From Salpingoeca rosetta (lineage: Eukaryota; Protista; Choanoflagellata): 64,000 bases of DNA. The notes under the pieces were generated by a model. The model saw nothing but the letters and a program-made list of their open reading frames with translations, was not told the DNA's origin and searched no databases. Where the stretch lies: contig JAWQFM010000026.1 of NCBI GenBank assembly GCA_033442325.1, positions 34,522 through 98,521 of the forward strand. The letters run 5' to 3'. Shown piece after piece: positions 1-11,528 of this stretch; position 1 is the first letter of the stretch, and each line of letters begins with the position of its first letter. Both the position numbers and the translations under genes were made by a program.

Positions 1-185
1 ACCAGCACACATGCACACACACACACAATGACACGCCGCACACATGCACGCACCACACACACACAATGACACGACACACAATGACACGACGCACACAGGA
101 ACACCACACACACAGCACAACTCTACGCACACACACACGCACAACACAACTACACAAACACCCACACACACACACACACACACAC

Positions 186-1428
186 CTCCCGAGTCGACGC
201 CGCTGGCGAGACCGGCAATGCGGCCGAGGACGGTGTTATCTCCGCATCGAATCACAATCCCGGTGCCCGCGCCCTCCACGGCGTTGGTGGAGAAGAAGGC
301 AATGTTGCGCGTCTCAAGCGGGTTCTTGTGGGTGCACTCTGCCGACCGCTTCTGGGGCTCCGACTCGCCAGTGAGAGACGAGTTGTCGACCTTGGTGAAG
401 GGCATGAATTGAATGTAACACAACAGACATGTGTGTGCCGGTGAATAAATTGGCAGTGACTTATGGTGAAAGTAGCCAACACATGTGCACATGCACAGTT
501 GGACAAAGACGCAAATGTACACACATACAGCTGTACACATGCAGGCACAAGTACAAACAAATACAAATGAACACACCCACCCCCACACACAGACACACAC
601 ACACGCACACACGCACACACACACCCACACCCACACACACGCACACTACACCACACAACACCTTGAGGCCGTGCTCGTCGATGATGCGCAGGTCGGCCGG
701 GATGCGGTCGCCGGCCTTGACTTCGACGACGTCGCCCCGCACCAGCTCCTCCGCATTGATCACCTCCAACTTCCCGTTGCGGTGCACGCGGGACTTCTGC
801 GGCTGCAGCTTCGCAAAACCCTTCATCACATCCGCAGCGCGCCGCTCCTGAACATATGAGAAGCAGCCCGTGATGAACACGACGGCTGCGAGGACGATGC
901 CCAGGTACAGGTTGTCGGCAGACACGCTCTCGCCAGAGTCGGCCTGCGACACCTGAATCCCATACGCGATGAAGCACAGGATGGCGCCAATCCACAACAG
1001 CGTGGCAAACCCGCCCACCATCTGGCGAAGGAACTTGATCCACTCGAGCGTTGTTGGCGGCGGGCTGAGCACGTTTCTGCCCTCCTTGGCGCGGGTGGCA
1101 GCAGCTTGGTCATGTGTCAAGCCTTTGCTCACGTCCTTGAGCCCAAAGCGCTTCTGCAATTCCTCCAGCGGGATGGAGTGCTCGTCAATGTCTGCCTCTT
1201 TCTTCAACTCCTCCAGGTCCGGTTTGTCGCGCCCTTTTCGCCCGCCCTTGCGCTTTCGCCGCTTCTCTTTCTTCTCCCGCTCATACGCTAATTTGTGTGC
1301 GAATGTGTGTGTATGTGTGTGTATGTGTGTGTGTGTGTGTGCATGTGTGAATGTGTGTGTGTGCATGTGTGAAAATGTGTGTGTATGTGAGTGGGAAAGT
1401 GTGCTTTGGGAGTGTACACGCATGCAAG

Positions 1429-1525
<97 letters not shown>

Positions 1526-1977
1526 CGCGACGAACGCTCAGCTAGTAGCCGAGTCCAGTACGAGTGAAATAGGTTAGTTAGGGAGGCTAAATTCCGCATC
1601 AAGGCTACAACCTTGTGAGACGCATCTTTGGGTGCTGTTTACGACCACTATAGTATCAAAGTATTGATGCAAAATTGTCGCTTGCTGACAATTCGATGGC
1701 AAAACTCTCGGTCTTACCAGAGATCTCCCCCAGAGCCTCGAGTACCATACCCAACTCTACTACAGGATGGGAAGTGAGCTCCTAGCTAATTGGGTGACAC
1801 GTACCCAAATTAGGACATACAAGTGGCGGACACGAAAACTAATACAATGAGCCACTTAAGGGTAGTTATATTTGTCCAACGCTCAAGACGGCTTCCTGAT
1901 AATCATAACGCAATGTGACTGTACTGCTCTTTTAAACCGCCCCAAGCGCGTATCATACTGTTGTGGCTTATGACGAC

Positions 1978-2055
<78 letters not shown>

Positions 2056-2902
2056 ACACACACACACACAAGCGCGCATGCACGCATGTGTACTTCACCC
2101 TCACCTGAAAGGGAGCGGAGGCTCTCGCGAAATGATTTCTTGATCTGTGCACTGCGGGCGCTCGATGCCAGTGCACGTGATCGCGTGTTCTCCACAGAGT
2201 CGTCAACTTAGTGGGAACAGAAATGAGGAGGAGGTTGGCAATGGAACAGAGATGAATCGGCTCGTGTGAGGGCACGCTATTCCGATGTAATAGCCCACAC
2301 ATACACATGCACACACAGATAGACATGCACACATGCACACACATGCACACACAGATAGACATGCACACATGCACACACATGCACACACAGATAGACATGC
2401 ACACATGCACACACATGCACACACAGATAGACATGCACACATGCACACACATGCACACACATACACACAGAGAACAGCAGCTTACGTGGGAGCATGTAGG
2501 TTGGACCGCGAACGTTGTTTGCGTCCACATCGGCAACACGAATCGCTGGTACTCGGGAAGGCACAGACATGGCACGACGGTGCCTCGCCTCCTCGTCATC
2601 GTCATCATCGTCACCATCACCGCCATCCTCCTGGTCACCACCGCCACCACCACCGCCGTGGCCGCTGGTTTCCTGTTGGCGTTGAATGCGCTCCGTTGCC
2701 GGTGCAGACTCGGTCATGGCGACACGGTAGCTCTCCGAGCGCAGGTCCTGCGCAGAGGGTCCATAAAGAGCGGGGGGTTGAAGCGGAGAGAATTCGTGAG
2801 GGGTGAAGGTGGTTGTGAAAAAGGGAAGTAACGAAGCGATAAGGGGAAAGACACATCGGCAGGGTTGACTATCCACGCACACGCATAAGTGGTCACTTAC
2901 GC

Positions 2903-2973
<71 letters not shown>

Positions 2974-3204
2974 TGCAGGCACACGCATACACACACACAC
3001 ACACGCATGCACACGATACACATGCATGCATGCACACACCTGCAAGGACAGTCCATGTGCGCTGTGTTCATCTGCATCTGCCGTGCGGTCATCTTCATGG
3101 CGAGTCTGGTCATCCTCGGGTGGTGGTTGCTGCTGCTGCTGTTGCTCTGCCTGTGGTTGAGCGGGCGTAGGCGGTCCCGTGCGCTTTCCACGGTTGAGGT
3201 TCAT
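186..3204 (-). CDS. ATP1A: Na+/K+-ATPase alpha subunit (P2C ATPase), 5' portion; gene continues off the left edge
   Basis: Phase-consistent GT-AG exons 3204-3040, 2747-2486, 2206-2105, 1287-662 and 390-186. Translation includes [90 protein letters not shown] and [35 protein letters not shown], the typical Na/K-ATPase TM1-2 and A-domain TGES. The first three exons are less certain. Confidence 0.93.
1528..1973 (+). ncRNA. Candidate large structured RNA or foreign insert within Na/K-ATPase intron 3, antisense to host
   Basis: Non-repetitive, TA-dinucleotide-rich segment with no internal ORF, flanked on both sides by (CA)n. About 10 stem-loops found by eye, many extended by G-U pairs on the + strand. 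Family not recognised. Confidence 0.55.
2309..2460 (+). repeat. 36-bp minisatellite x4 in a Na/K-ATPase intron
   Basis: Unit gcacacacagatagacatgcacacatgcacacacat. Confidence 0.85.
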
Positions 3205-4409
3205 CCCTGCTTGCTTCCTTCCTTCGTTCACACTCACACTTGCAACAACACGTCTCCCAACTGGGGCGGCACAAGCTCACGACAGAGTGGGGGAAATGGC
3301 TGGCGGCGAAGGTTGGCTGTTGAGGTCGGCTGCTATGAGGTCGGCTGCGGAGAGGTCGGTGCTGAGGTGGCTGGGCAGCTCGCTTGCCAATGGTGATGTG
3401 CGCGATGCAATTGGCAGGTGTGGGCTGGCCGCTCGCTTGCTTGTGGTTGGATTGCAGGCTTGCTTGTCGGCTTGCTTGTGGTTGGATTGCAGGCTGCTGC
3501 AATGTTCCAACCGAGCATGGGCACGTATCAATGGACGGTGGGGCGCTCAAATGGGGGTTGCTTCTTCGTTTGCGTGCGTGTCGTGCAGGATACAGTACTG
3601 GTCAGCGCCTCGACTACATACAAGTGAAACAAACGCCCAACAGGCGCTCTGACCGTTGCAAAAATACCCCATCCCACTCACTGCTGCTGCCATTGCCATT
3701 GCCTCATTGCTGCACCCGCTTGATTCCATTCACGAACCAACACACAAGCACACCAACCCCACTTCGCGATCAATGTGTGCGTGTGTGTTTGTGTGCGTTG
3801 TTTCCCCCAAACACATGGTTCACCCTCATCAGCAGTTGCGTCGTGCAGGTTGCCTCCTTTGCTGCAGCAATCAAAAGTACCCCTGTCTTTTCCCAGCTTT
3901 TGAGTTTCGCGGCACAAATCATAAACTGATTTCAGGCTTTGATAAAAGAATGTGGCATTTCGACAATTTGCCCATGCGCTGTTTGTTCTTGCTTGCAAGC
4001 AAACCCCGCACCACTTTCCCCTTGTTCGCTTGCCGTTTGCTTTCTTGTCTGTCTGTTGCGCCATCTCGCTTCACTCTCTGGCTTCGCTTCCTCTTCGCTT
4101 GTGCACTTCCAAACCCACATCCAATTCCAACCGCATTCTCCGTTTGTGGCTGGCTGGCTGGCGAGACGTTTGCGAGTTTGTGACAACCGCAGGCTGACGT
4201 TCTTTGCTGCCTTGCTGCCTGCCCTCAGAGTGTGCACCTCTTTGTGTGTCACATTCAATCAGCACGTTGCGCGTATGAGTGGTGTATGGTGCTGTTGACT
4301 CCTTCCGTGGCCCTGACTCAAAAAGAGGAAGCGACTTTCCAAGCAACTTGGTGCGCATCCCCTTCCCACAGACCCCCTTCTTCATTCGTCTCGTCTTTTT
4401 GTTTCTTTG

Positions 4410-4467
<58 letters not shown>

Positions 4468-4610
4468 CGCACTCATTTCACTCTTCTTGACCCTCGTCCT
4501 CATCCTTCATCTTCAGACAACTTGATTCCCTTCCTGCCTGCTGAGTCTGGCTCATACCCACTTGAAAGAAGATGCACGCTTCGCGAGGCCGGTTTGCCAG
4601 CTTGTCTCCG

Positions 4611-6546
4611 ATGCTGCTCCGAGCAGCGGCTGTTGTGGTTGTGGCAGCCCTTGCCGTGGCAGCAACGTGCACGCTGGCCACAACGACAACGGACGGCGGC
4701 ACCACGGCGTCCAATGTCGACAGCGCCGGGTGCCTGTGGGAGTGGCAGTACACGCCATGCAGCGCGCCGTGCGATGGAGGCACCTTCTCGCGACACAAGG
4801 TTGTGCTGAGCCGGCCAGACTCCAACGCCACATGCGAGGTCATTGCCAACCAGACAAGCATCCCCTGCAACACATTTCCCTGCTCGGCTACTGGCGACGA
4901 CCAGCAGCAGTACATGGAGGACCCGGAGCTGCGTGTGAGCGACGGCAACATCATCGTTGCCCTGCCCACCACGGCCAACGACTTGCGCATCGTGCGAGGA
5001 AGCGCCAACGAGGCCCAGCAACAACAGCAACAACAGCAACAACAGCAGGAGAGCGTTGGCCTCTTCTCCGACATTATGGCGCAGCTGTCTGCGCTACAGT
5101 CCACCCAGGACACCATTCTTTCTCGTCTCTCCTCTGTGCAAGTCGCCATGTCACAATCCTCCTCCGCCATCGAAGCCTCCCTTTCCTCTGAAGTGGACGC
5201 CCTCATCACCACGCAACTCCAGGTGTGTGTGTGTGTGGGTGTGTGTGTGTGTGTGTGTGTGGGTGTGTGTGTGGGTGTGTGTGTGGGTGTGTGTGGGTGT
5301 GTGTGGGTGTGTGTGTGTGGAGGCAAGTGCGTGTACGTGTGTGTTTGCTTTCAACCGTGTGCAACAAGACACCCTTCAGAAATGCCATTCCCTCAGACCC
5401 TCATGTACTTCTTCTCCCATCGTTTCCGTGTCTTCCCTGCCACAGGCGTCTGCCAATGCTTCCCATGCGACGGCGTCGTTGGAGATGCGCGTTGCTTCCA
5501 ACACTGCAAGTATCGACGCCGCAGCCACCTCCCAACAAAGCATCAGCCGTACGTAACATGCGTGTGTGTGTGTCTGTGTCTGTCTGTCTGCCTGCATCTC
5601 TCCGTCTCTCTCTCCTCCCCCCCCCCTTGTCTCTGTATTGATGACTGTGTGCTTGAAACAAGATGAGCCTCAGAAGCGCAGGAAACGTCAGATTTGTGCG
5701 TGCGTTTGTGCTGTTGGTTGCTGTCTCCCATCATGATGTTGTTCCCTCTGCGCTCAACTCTCGCCAACGACTCACGCACTATCACCATCACCACCAACAT
5801 CACCGCCAACATCAACACCACCACCTTCGCCACCACCATCGGCAACGACTGCAGAGCTGGCAAGCTCCCTGTCGCAAGGGGTGCAGATGGCCAGCGTGAG
5901 CTTGGGCAGCCGCCTCGATGACCAAGAAGCGCGCACAGCAGGCCTGCTCAACGGCTTTGAAACCATTACCACGAGCAAGCTCCCTTCCCTGCAATCGCAG
6001 ATTGTGAGCACCGCCGACATGACGGACGACGTTGACGCACTGGCCACGCAGCTGTCCACGTCCATCGGTGACGTGTCCAGTGTGGTGGCGGCGCAGCCAC
6101 GGTTCTCCACCTATGAATTCGGGCGCCAATGCAGCGGCTCGTACTACTTCACAGACGTGTACGGCACAACGCATGTCATCTCCGACAGCGTCACCACGGA
6201 CACGGTTGTCTTTGACCAGGAGTCGCGCACCGGGTTTGCGTTTTTCCCGTCAGACCCGACCCAGCGCGACGGTGCCATGTGGTATTTGGCTGTGGAGGGC
6301 GGTGCGGGCATCTCGTGCCAGATTGTCAGCTACGAGGATGATGCGATCCGCGGCTACCACTTCCTCACCGCCACCGACAACGGCAACAGCAGCCCCCTCC
6401 CGTCTCTCTGGGGCATGAACGGCGTGGGCACGCTCATCCTTCGCGTCGAATACACGTACTGCTCCCCCGATGACCGCGCCGCCAACACCTGCTCGCACCC
6501 ATCTGCCCTTCACAAATGCGAGAGCTACTCCATCCTTTGCTTCTGA
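4611..6546 (+). CDS. Secreted protein: signal peptide, TSP1-like repeat, coiled coil, C-terminal globular domain
   Basis: Phase-consistent exons 4611-5222, 5446-5548 and 5855-6546. Signal MLLRAAAVVVVAALAVAATCTLA; TSP1-like WEWQYTPCSAPCDGGTFSRHKVV..CNTFPC; heptad-rich middle; Cys-containing C-terminus. Confidence 0.8.
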
Positions 6547-7293
6547 TCGTGTGTATGTGCGTGTGCATGTGCGTGCGTGCGCGCGTGCGTATCTACGTGT
6601 GTGCGTGTGTGTGTGTGTGCGCACGCGTGTGTATCTTCCTTGTGTGTCTGATCGTGTGCATGTGCGTGCATGTGTATCTACGTGTGTGTATCTTTCCTCT
6701 TTTCCTTGTGTACTTGTTTGTGCATGCATGACATTTCCATCTTGTGGCGTTGTTCATGCATTTTCATGTAGCTGTGTATGTATCTCCTCTTTGGGGGATG
6801 ACGTAGGCATGCGCGCGTGTGACGGCATGGTTACTCTTCACCACCACCACCACCACGTGTGGGAAGCCTTGCTTTGCTTCTGTGCTTCTGTGTGCTTGTT
6901 TGTTGATGGTTGATGTTTAAGTGCTATTTCCTTGGTTTCCTGGCTTTACAGACCCCTTTTCACCCTTGCCTGCATTACTGTCGGTGTGCCTGCGTGCTTG
7001 CTTACTTCTTTAGTTCTTTAGCCCCTTGCTTTGCAGTGTTACTGCGTGCGTGTACCTTTTGAGTCTTTGCGTGGTGCTGGGCTGCGTGCTGTGTGGTTGT
7101 GGGTGTGTGATGTTGTGACATGATGTGACATGTGACAGCTGTGAGATAGCTTTTGTCGCCAACCACACACTCGTAGCCACAGAACATTGGTGAAAACTTC
7201 TCAGTAAATTTCGTCAACCCACCTGCGAAGATGAGAAGGACGGGCTGTGGTGGTGGTGCTGTCCTTCCAAGCGCCCGCAGCCACCGCAAACCC

Positions 7294-8736
7294 ATGTTGT
7301 CGCGTGTGCCTGCGACGCTGCTTGCGGCAGTGTTGGTGGCGTTGTGCGGGGTGTCTGCGGGGCTGCTGGAGGAGGCGCCTGAGCCCCCTCCGCAGCACCG
7401 GATCAGCGGCGATGCGCTTGGGAACTTGCACATCAACACCAGCAACCCCGAAACGGGGCGTGTCATCATCAATGGCATTGACGTCCTGCAGGAAAACGCG
7501 CAGCTCCGGGCCGAGCTGTCGCAGCTCCGTCAAGACGTCATGCAAGCCCTCGCCACAACCACAGCAACCACAACAACCACCACAGCAACGGCAACAACAA
7601 CACCAACAAATCCGTTGGCACCCGTCACGACAACCACCCGATCAACGACAAGCACGGCCACCACAGCTACAAGCCCCATCATCACGTCCTGTGACGCCAT
7701 CACCGCTGTGCGTCTTCAAGCAGGCGCTTCGGCAATAGATATGTGGCGCGGTGGCGTGCTGTATTCGCCGAAAGACACTATTTACGCCGCCCCGTTTGAC
7801 GCAACAAGCGTGCTCATGATCCGCCTTGCGAAGAGCCAAGATGGCGTCGTTTTGTCTCCGTCCACGACCCTGGATATCACAACCATCTCCGACTTGTCGG
7901 GCGCAGCGAACAAGTGGTCTGCAAGCGTCCTCCTCGACGACCGCATCTACGGCATCCCGTTTCGTGCCTCCGATGTGCTTGTCATCAACCCTGTCAACAA
8001 CGTCGCCAACACAGTGTCGCTACCGGGTGAGCTTCAGGCAACCAGCAACGCGTGGAGTGGCGCGGGCGTGCTCAACAACAAGATTTACTGCATTCCACAC
8101 AGCTCAAGCACCAACATTCTCGTGCTCACCCCCACCCAAGGTGGTCCGCTGTCCTTCTCGCTGGCGTCCGTGGATACTACCGCTTCCTCCATGTGGTTTG
8201 GCGCCACACAGCTCTCCAGTGAGAGCATCATCGGCTGGCCGTACCAGGGGAACCAGTTCATTGGCCTCCAAGCCACGGGCGGCACAGATGCCACCATCTC
8301 CACCCACGACGCAAGGGGCACGTCGGGCCTCTGTTCCGGTGCAGTTGCGTTCAATCGGGCCATCGGTCTTCCATGCATGCCAAACGTGGAGCCGCCACGG
8401 CAAATCCTGCGCATCGCAGAAAAGCTCGCCTCTGGGCAGCAGGGGTTCAACAGCGACGCCGAACAACTTCCAGACGACTACACTGGGCCGTGGCGCAGGG
8501 CTGCGAGTGTCAACGACGTGGTAGTGGGCATGCCATACTTCGGCAACACCCTGCTCGTCGTCATGAATGGTGGTCTCCACAACAGTGACTTCCACGTGGT
8601 GGATGTGGCGGCGAGCGATGGTCAGGGCCTGAGTTTCGGCGGCGCTGTCGCTGTTGGTGATTACATCTTTGCCATTCCGGCGGGCTCCCCCTTTGTCCTC
8701 ATCGTCGACACCTCCCAACTCATGGCCTGCCTCTAG
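7294..8736 (+). CDS. Intronless secreted protein: short coiled coil, Thr-rich linker, beta-propeller-type repeats
   Basis: Single long ORF with signal peptide. About 6 repeats of the pattern W-x-G-x-V-L...IY-x-IP...VL-x-I, e.g. WRGGVLYSPKDTIYAAPFDATSVLMI, KWSASVLLDDRIYGIPFRASDVLVINP, AWSGAGVLNNKIYCIPHSSSTNILVL. Confidence 0.82.
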   Translation: MLSRVPATLLAAVLVALCGVSAGLLEEAPEPPPQHRISGDALGNLHINTSNPETGRVIINGIDVLQENAQLRAELSQLRQDVMQALATTTATTTTTTATATTTPTNPLAPVTTTTRSTTSTATTATSPIITSCDAITAVRLQAGASAIDMWRGGVLYSPKDTIYAAPFDATSVLMIRLAKSQDGVVLSPSTTLDITTISDLSGAANKWSASVLLDDRIYGIPFRASDVLVINPVNNVANTVSLPGELQATSNAWSGAGVLNNKIYCIPHSSSTNILVLTPTQGGPLSFSLASVDTTASSMWFGATQLSSESIIGWPYQGNQFIGLQATGGTDATISTHDARGTSGLCSGAVAFNRAIGLPCMPNVEPPRQILRIAEKLASGQQGFNSDAEQLPDDYTGPWRRAASVNDVVVGMPYFGNTLLVVMNGGLHNSDFHVVDVAASDGQGLSFGGAVAVGDYIFAIPAGSPFVLIVDTSQLMACL

Positions 8737-8804
8737 TAGATGTGTGCGTGCATGCATGCATGTGTGTGTGTGTGTGTGTGTGCTATTGCGTGTGCGTGTG
8801 TGTA

Positions 8805-8837
<33 letters not shown>

Positions 8838-9453
8838 ACATGTGCCTGAGGGTACATGCTCGCTGAAGACAAGTGTGCCTGCCACGTGCTTGTTGTTGCT
8901 GCCCGCACGACTTCATCCTCCCTGTTAAGCACTGGATGTCATGCTTCGTGCTTATGTTACAACCACCCTCAGTGCTCAAATGAATGCGACAACCCGACAG
9001 AAAGAAGGAGTTGTTTATGCATGAAAAGCGTTGGCACGTGTGTGCATGACTCGGCGAAGAAAAAAAAAGCGAAGGGGGGGGGGGCGGGCTTGGGGTTGAA
9101 GTCGTTTGATGCGCCTATGATGGACATGAAAGGCTCAACTTGTGACAACGAAAGAACCAAAAGCAGCAGCAGCAGCTAATGACAAGAACGGATGGGTTGT
9201 AAACACACAGAAGAACACTTGGCGCATGCAGGGAATTCATGTCAGACACATGATGACAACAAAAACCGCAAACACCATGGCTCATGCCTCACATGAACAT
9301 GAAGATGTGACACGGATGCGGCTACGAACACAAATGTGCACTGGGGGGGGGGGAAGGACAGAAACCAAAATGAAAGAATGATAACAGGCTACATACGCAG
9401 TGTTGGATTGGGGGCGGGGGAGGAGATGGTGGTGAAACAGCACACTGGTGCCA

Positions 9454-9724
9454 TCACACTTCGGAGTCGTCGAGGTCCTGCAGGAAGGCGGGCTCGGCCA
9501 CAGTGACACCGCACCTATCCTCGGCCTCTGCACCGTTGGTGGCCAGATCGCGTGCAATCACCAGCCGACGGCTCCGCTCGTCCTTCTCCATCCCGCTGGT
9601 GGAGAGGAGAAGTTTGGGGGGGGGGGTGGGGCAGGTGGAGGAGTGGAGATGTGTGAGTGTGTGGGAGAAGGAGGAGGAGGCGGAAGGAAGAGCACTTGGA
9701 AGACCGACACAGACAGACACACAT

Positions 9725-9794
<70 letters not shown>

Positions 9795-9882
9795 CACACA
9801 CACATACACAAACACACACACACATACAAAAACACACACACACATACAAACACACACACATACACACACACACACACATACA

Positions 9883-9972
<90 letters not shown>

Positions 9973-11459
9973 TACCGCCAGACGCTAAAGTCCTCGGTGA
10001 CCTCATACTTGTGCGCACGGTAGAGGTCCTTGAAGGCGAGCAGCCGCGTCATGATGAAGTTGGTGATGGTCGTGGCCACCGCAAGCAGCGCAAGACCCGT
10101 CACAATCGTCGTCATGAGCGTGAGAAAGTCAAACTGGCCCAGCTCGCCGGTCTGCACGAAGATGAGGCGCGCGCCGTGGCGGTTGAGGATTTGCCGCTGC
10201 CGTCCGTTGTTGAACGTGCGCACTTGCTCCACCTTGAACTCGGCGTCGTTGAGTGTGCGCGGCTGATACGAATACCGCAGGTCGCTCGAGCCAACCATCT
10301 CGTAGCTGGAGCGGAAAAGGGTGTGTGTGTATGTGAGTGAGTGAGTGAGTGAGTGAGTGAGTGAGTGAGTGAGTGAGTGAGTGAGTGAGTGAGTAAGTGA
10401 GTGAGTGAGTGAGTGAGTGTATGTGTGTATGTGAGTGAGTGTGTGTATGTGAGTGAGTGTGTATGTGTATGTGAGTGAGTGTGTATGTGTATGTGTGTAT
10501 GTGAGTGAGTGTGTATGTGTATGTGTGTATGTGAGTGAGTGTGTGTGTATTTTCGCGTGTATGTGCATGNNNNNNNNNNNNNNNNNNNNNNNNNNNNNNN
10601 NNNNNNNNNNNNNNNNNNNNNNNNNNNNNNNNNNNNNNNNNNNNNNNNNNNNNNNNNNNNNNNNNNNNNNNNNNNNNNNNNNNNNNNNNNNNNNNNNNNN
10701 NNNNNNNNNNNNNNNNNNNNNNNNNNNNNNNNNNNNNNNNNNNNNNNNNNNNNNNNNNNNNNNNNNNNNNNNNNNNNNNNNNNNNNNNNNNNNNNNNNNN
10801 NNNNNNNNNNNNNNNNNNNNNNNNNNNNNNNNNNNNNNNNNNNNNNNNNNNNNNNNNNNNNNNNNNNNNNNNNNNNNNNNNNNNNNNNNNNNNNNNNNNN
10901 NNNNNNNNNNNNNNNNNNNNNNNNNNNNNNNNNNNNNNNNNNNNNNNNNNNNNNNNNNNNNNNNNNNNNNNNNNNNNNNNNNNNNNNNNNNNNNNNNNNN
11001 NNNNNNNNNNNNNNNNNNNNNNNNNNNNNNNNNNNNNNNNNNNNNNNNNNNNNNNNNNNNNNNNNNNNNNNNNNNNNNNNNNNNNNNNNNNNNNNNNNNN
11101 NNNNNNNNNNNNNNNNNNNNNNNNNNNNNNNNNNNNNNNNNNNNNNNNNNNNNNNNNNNNNNNNNNNNNNNNNNNGTGGGGATGCGGATTTTAAATTCTT
11201 CCGTTGGCAATGTAGGAGAATCGTGCGTGCCGTTTTGCATGTTCCTTTTTTTGGTTGGGGATGCCGGGTGATATTGGGAGTGTTGCATTTCTGTATGCAT
11301 GCTGTCTGCAGAAGACGCACACACCCATGCACACATGCACACACACACACACACGCACACACACGGACGCGCGCACACACACACACACACGCACACACGG
11401 ACGCGCGCACACACACACACGCACACAGCACACACAGCACACATGCACGCACGCACACG

Positions 11460-11528
<69 letters not shown>

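Noticed and set aside
1572-1584. ggttagttaggg as a telomere repeat or telomerase template; gacgaacgct (1529-38) as 16S rRNA; ctgataa/gaaa as a hammerhead core
   Set aside because: Each match is short and lacks the surrounding conserved context; expected by chance.
3320-3500. Short spaced repeats (gaggtcggctgc; gcttgcttgtggttggattgcaggct x2) as a CRISPR-like array
   Set aside because: Only 2-4 degenerate copies, no unique spacers of regular length, no cas genes, and a eukaryotic context.
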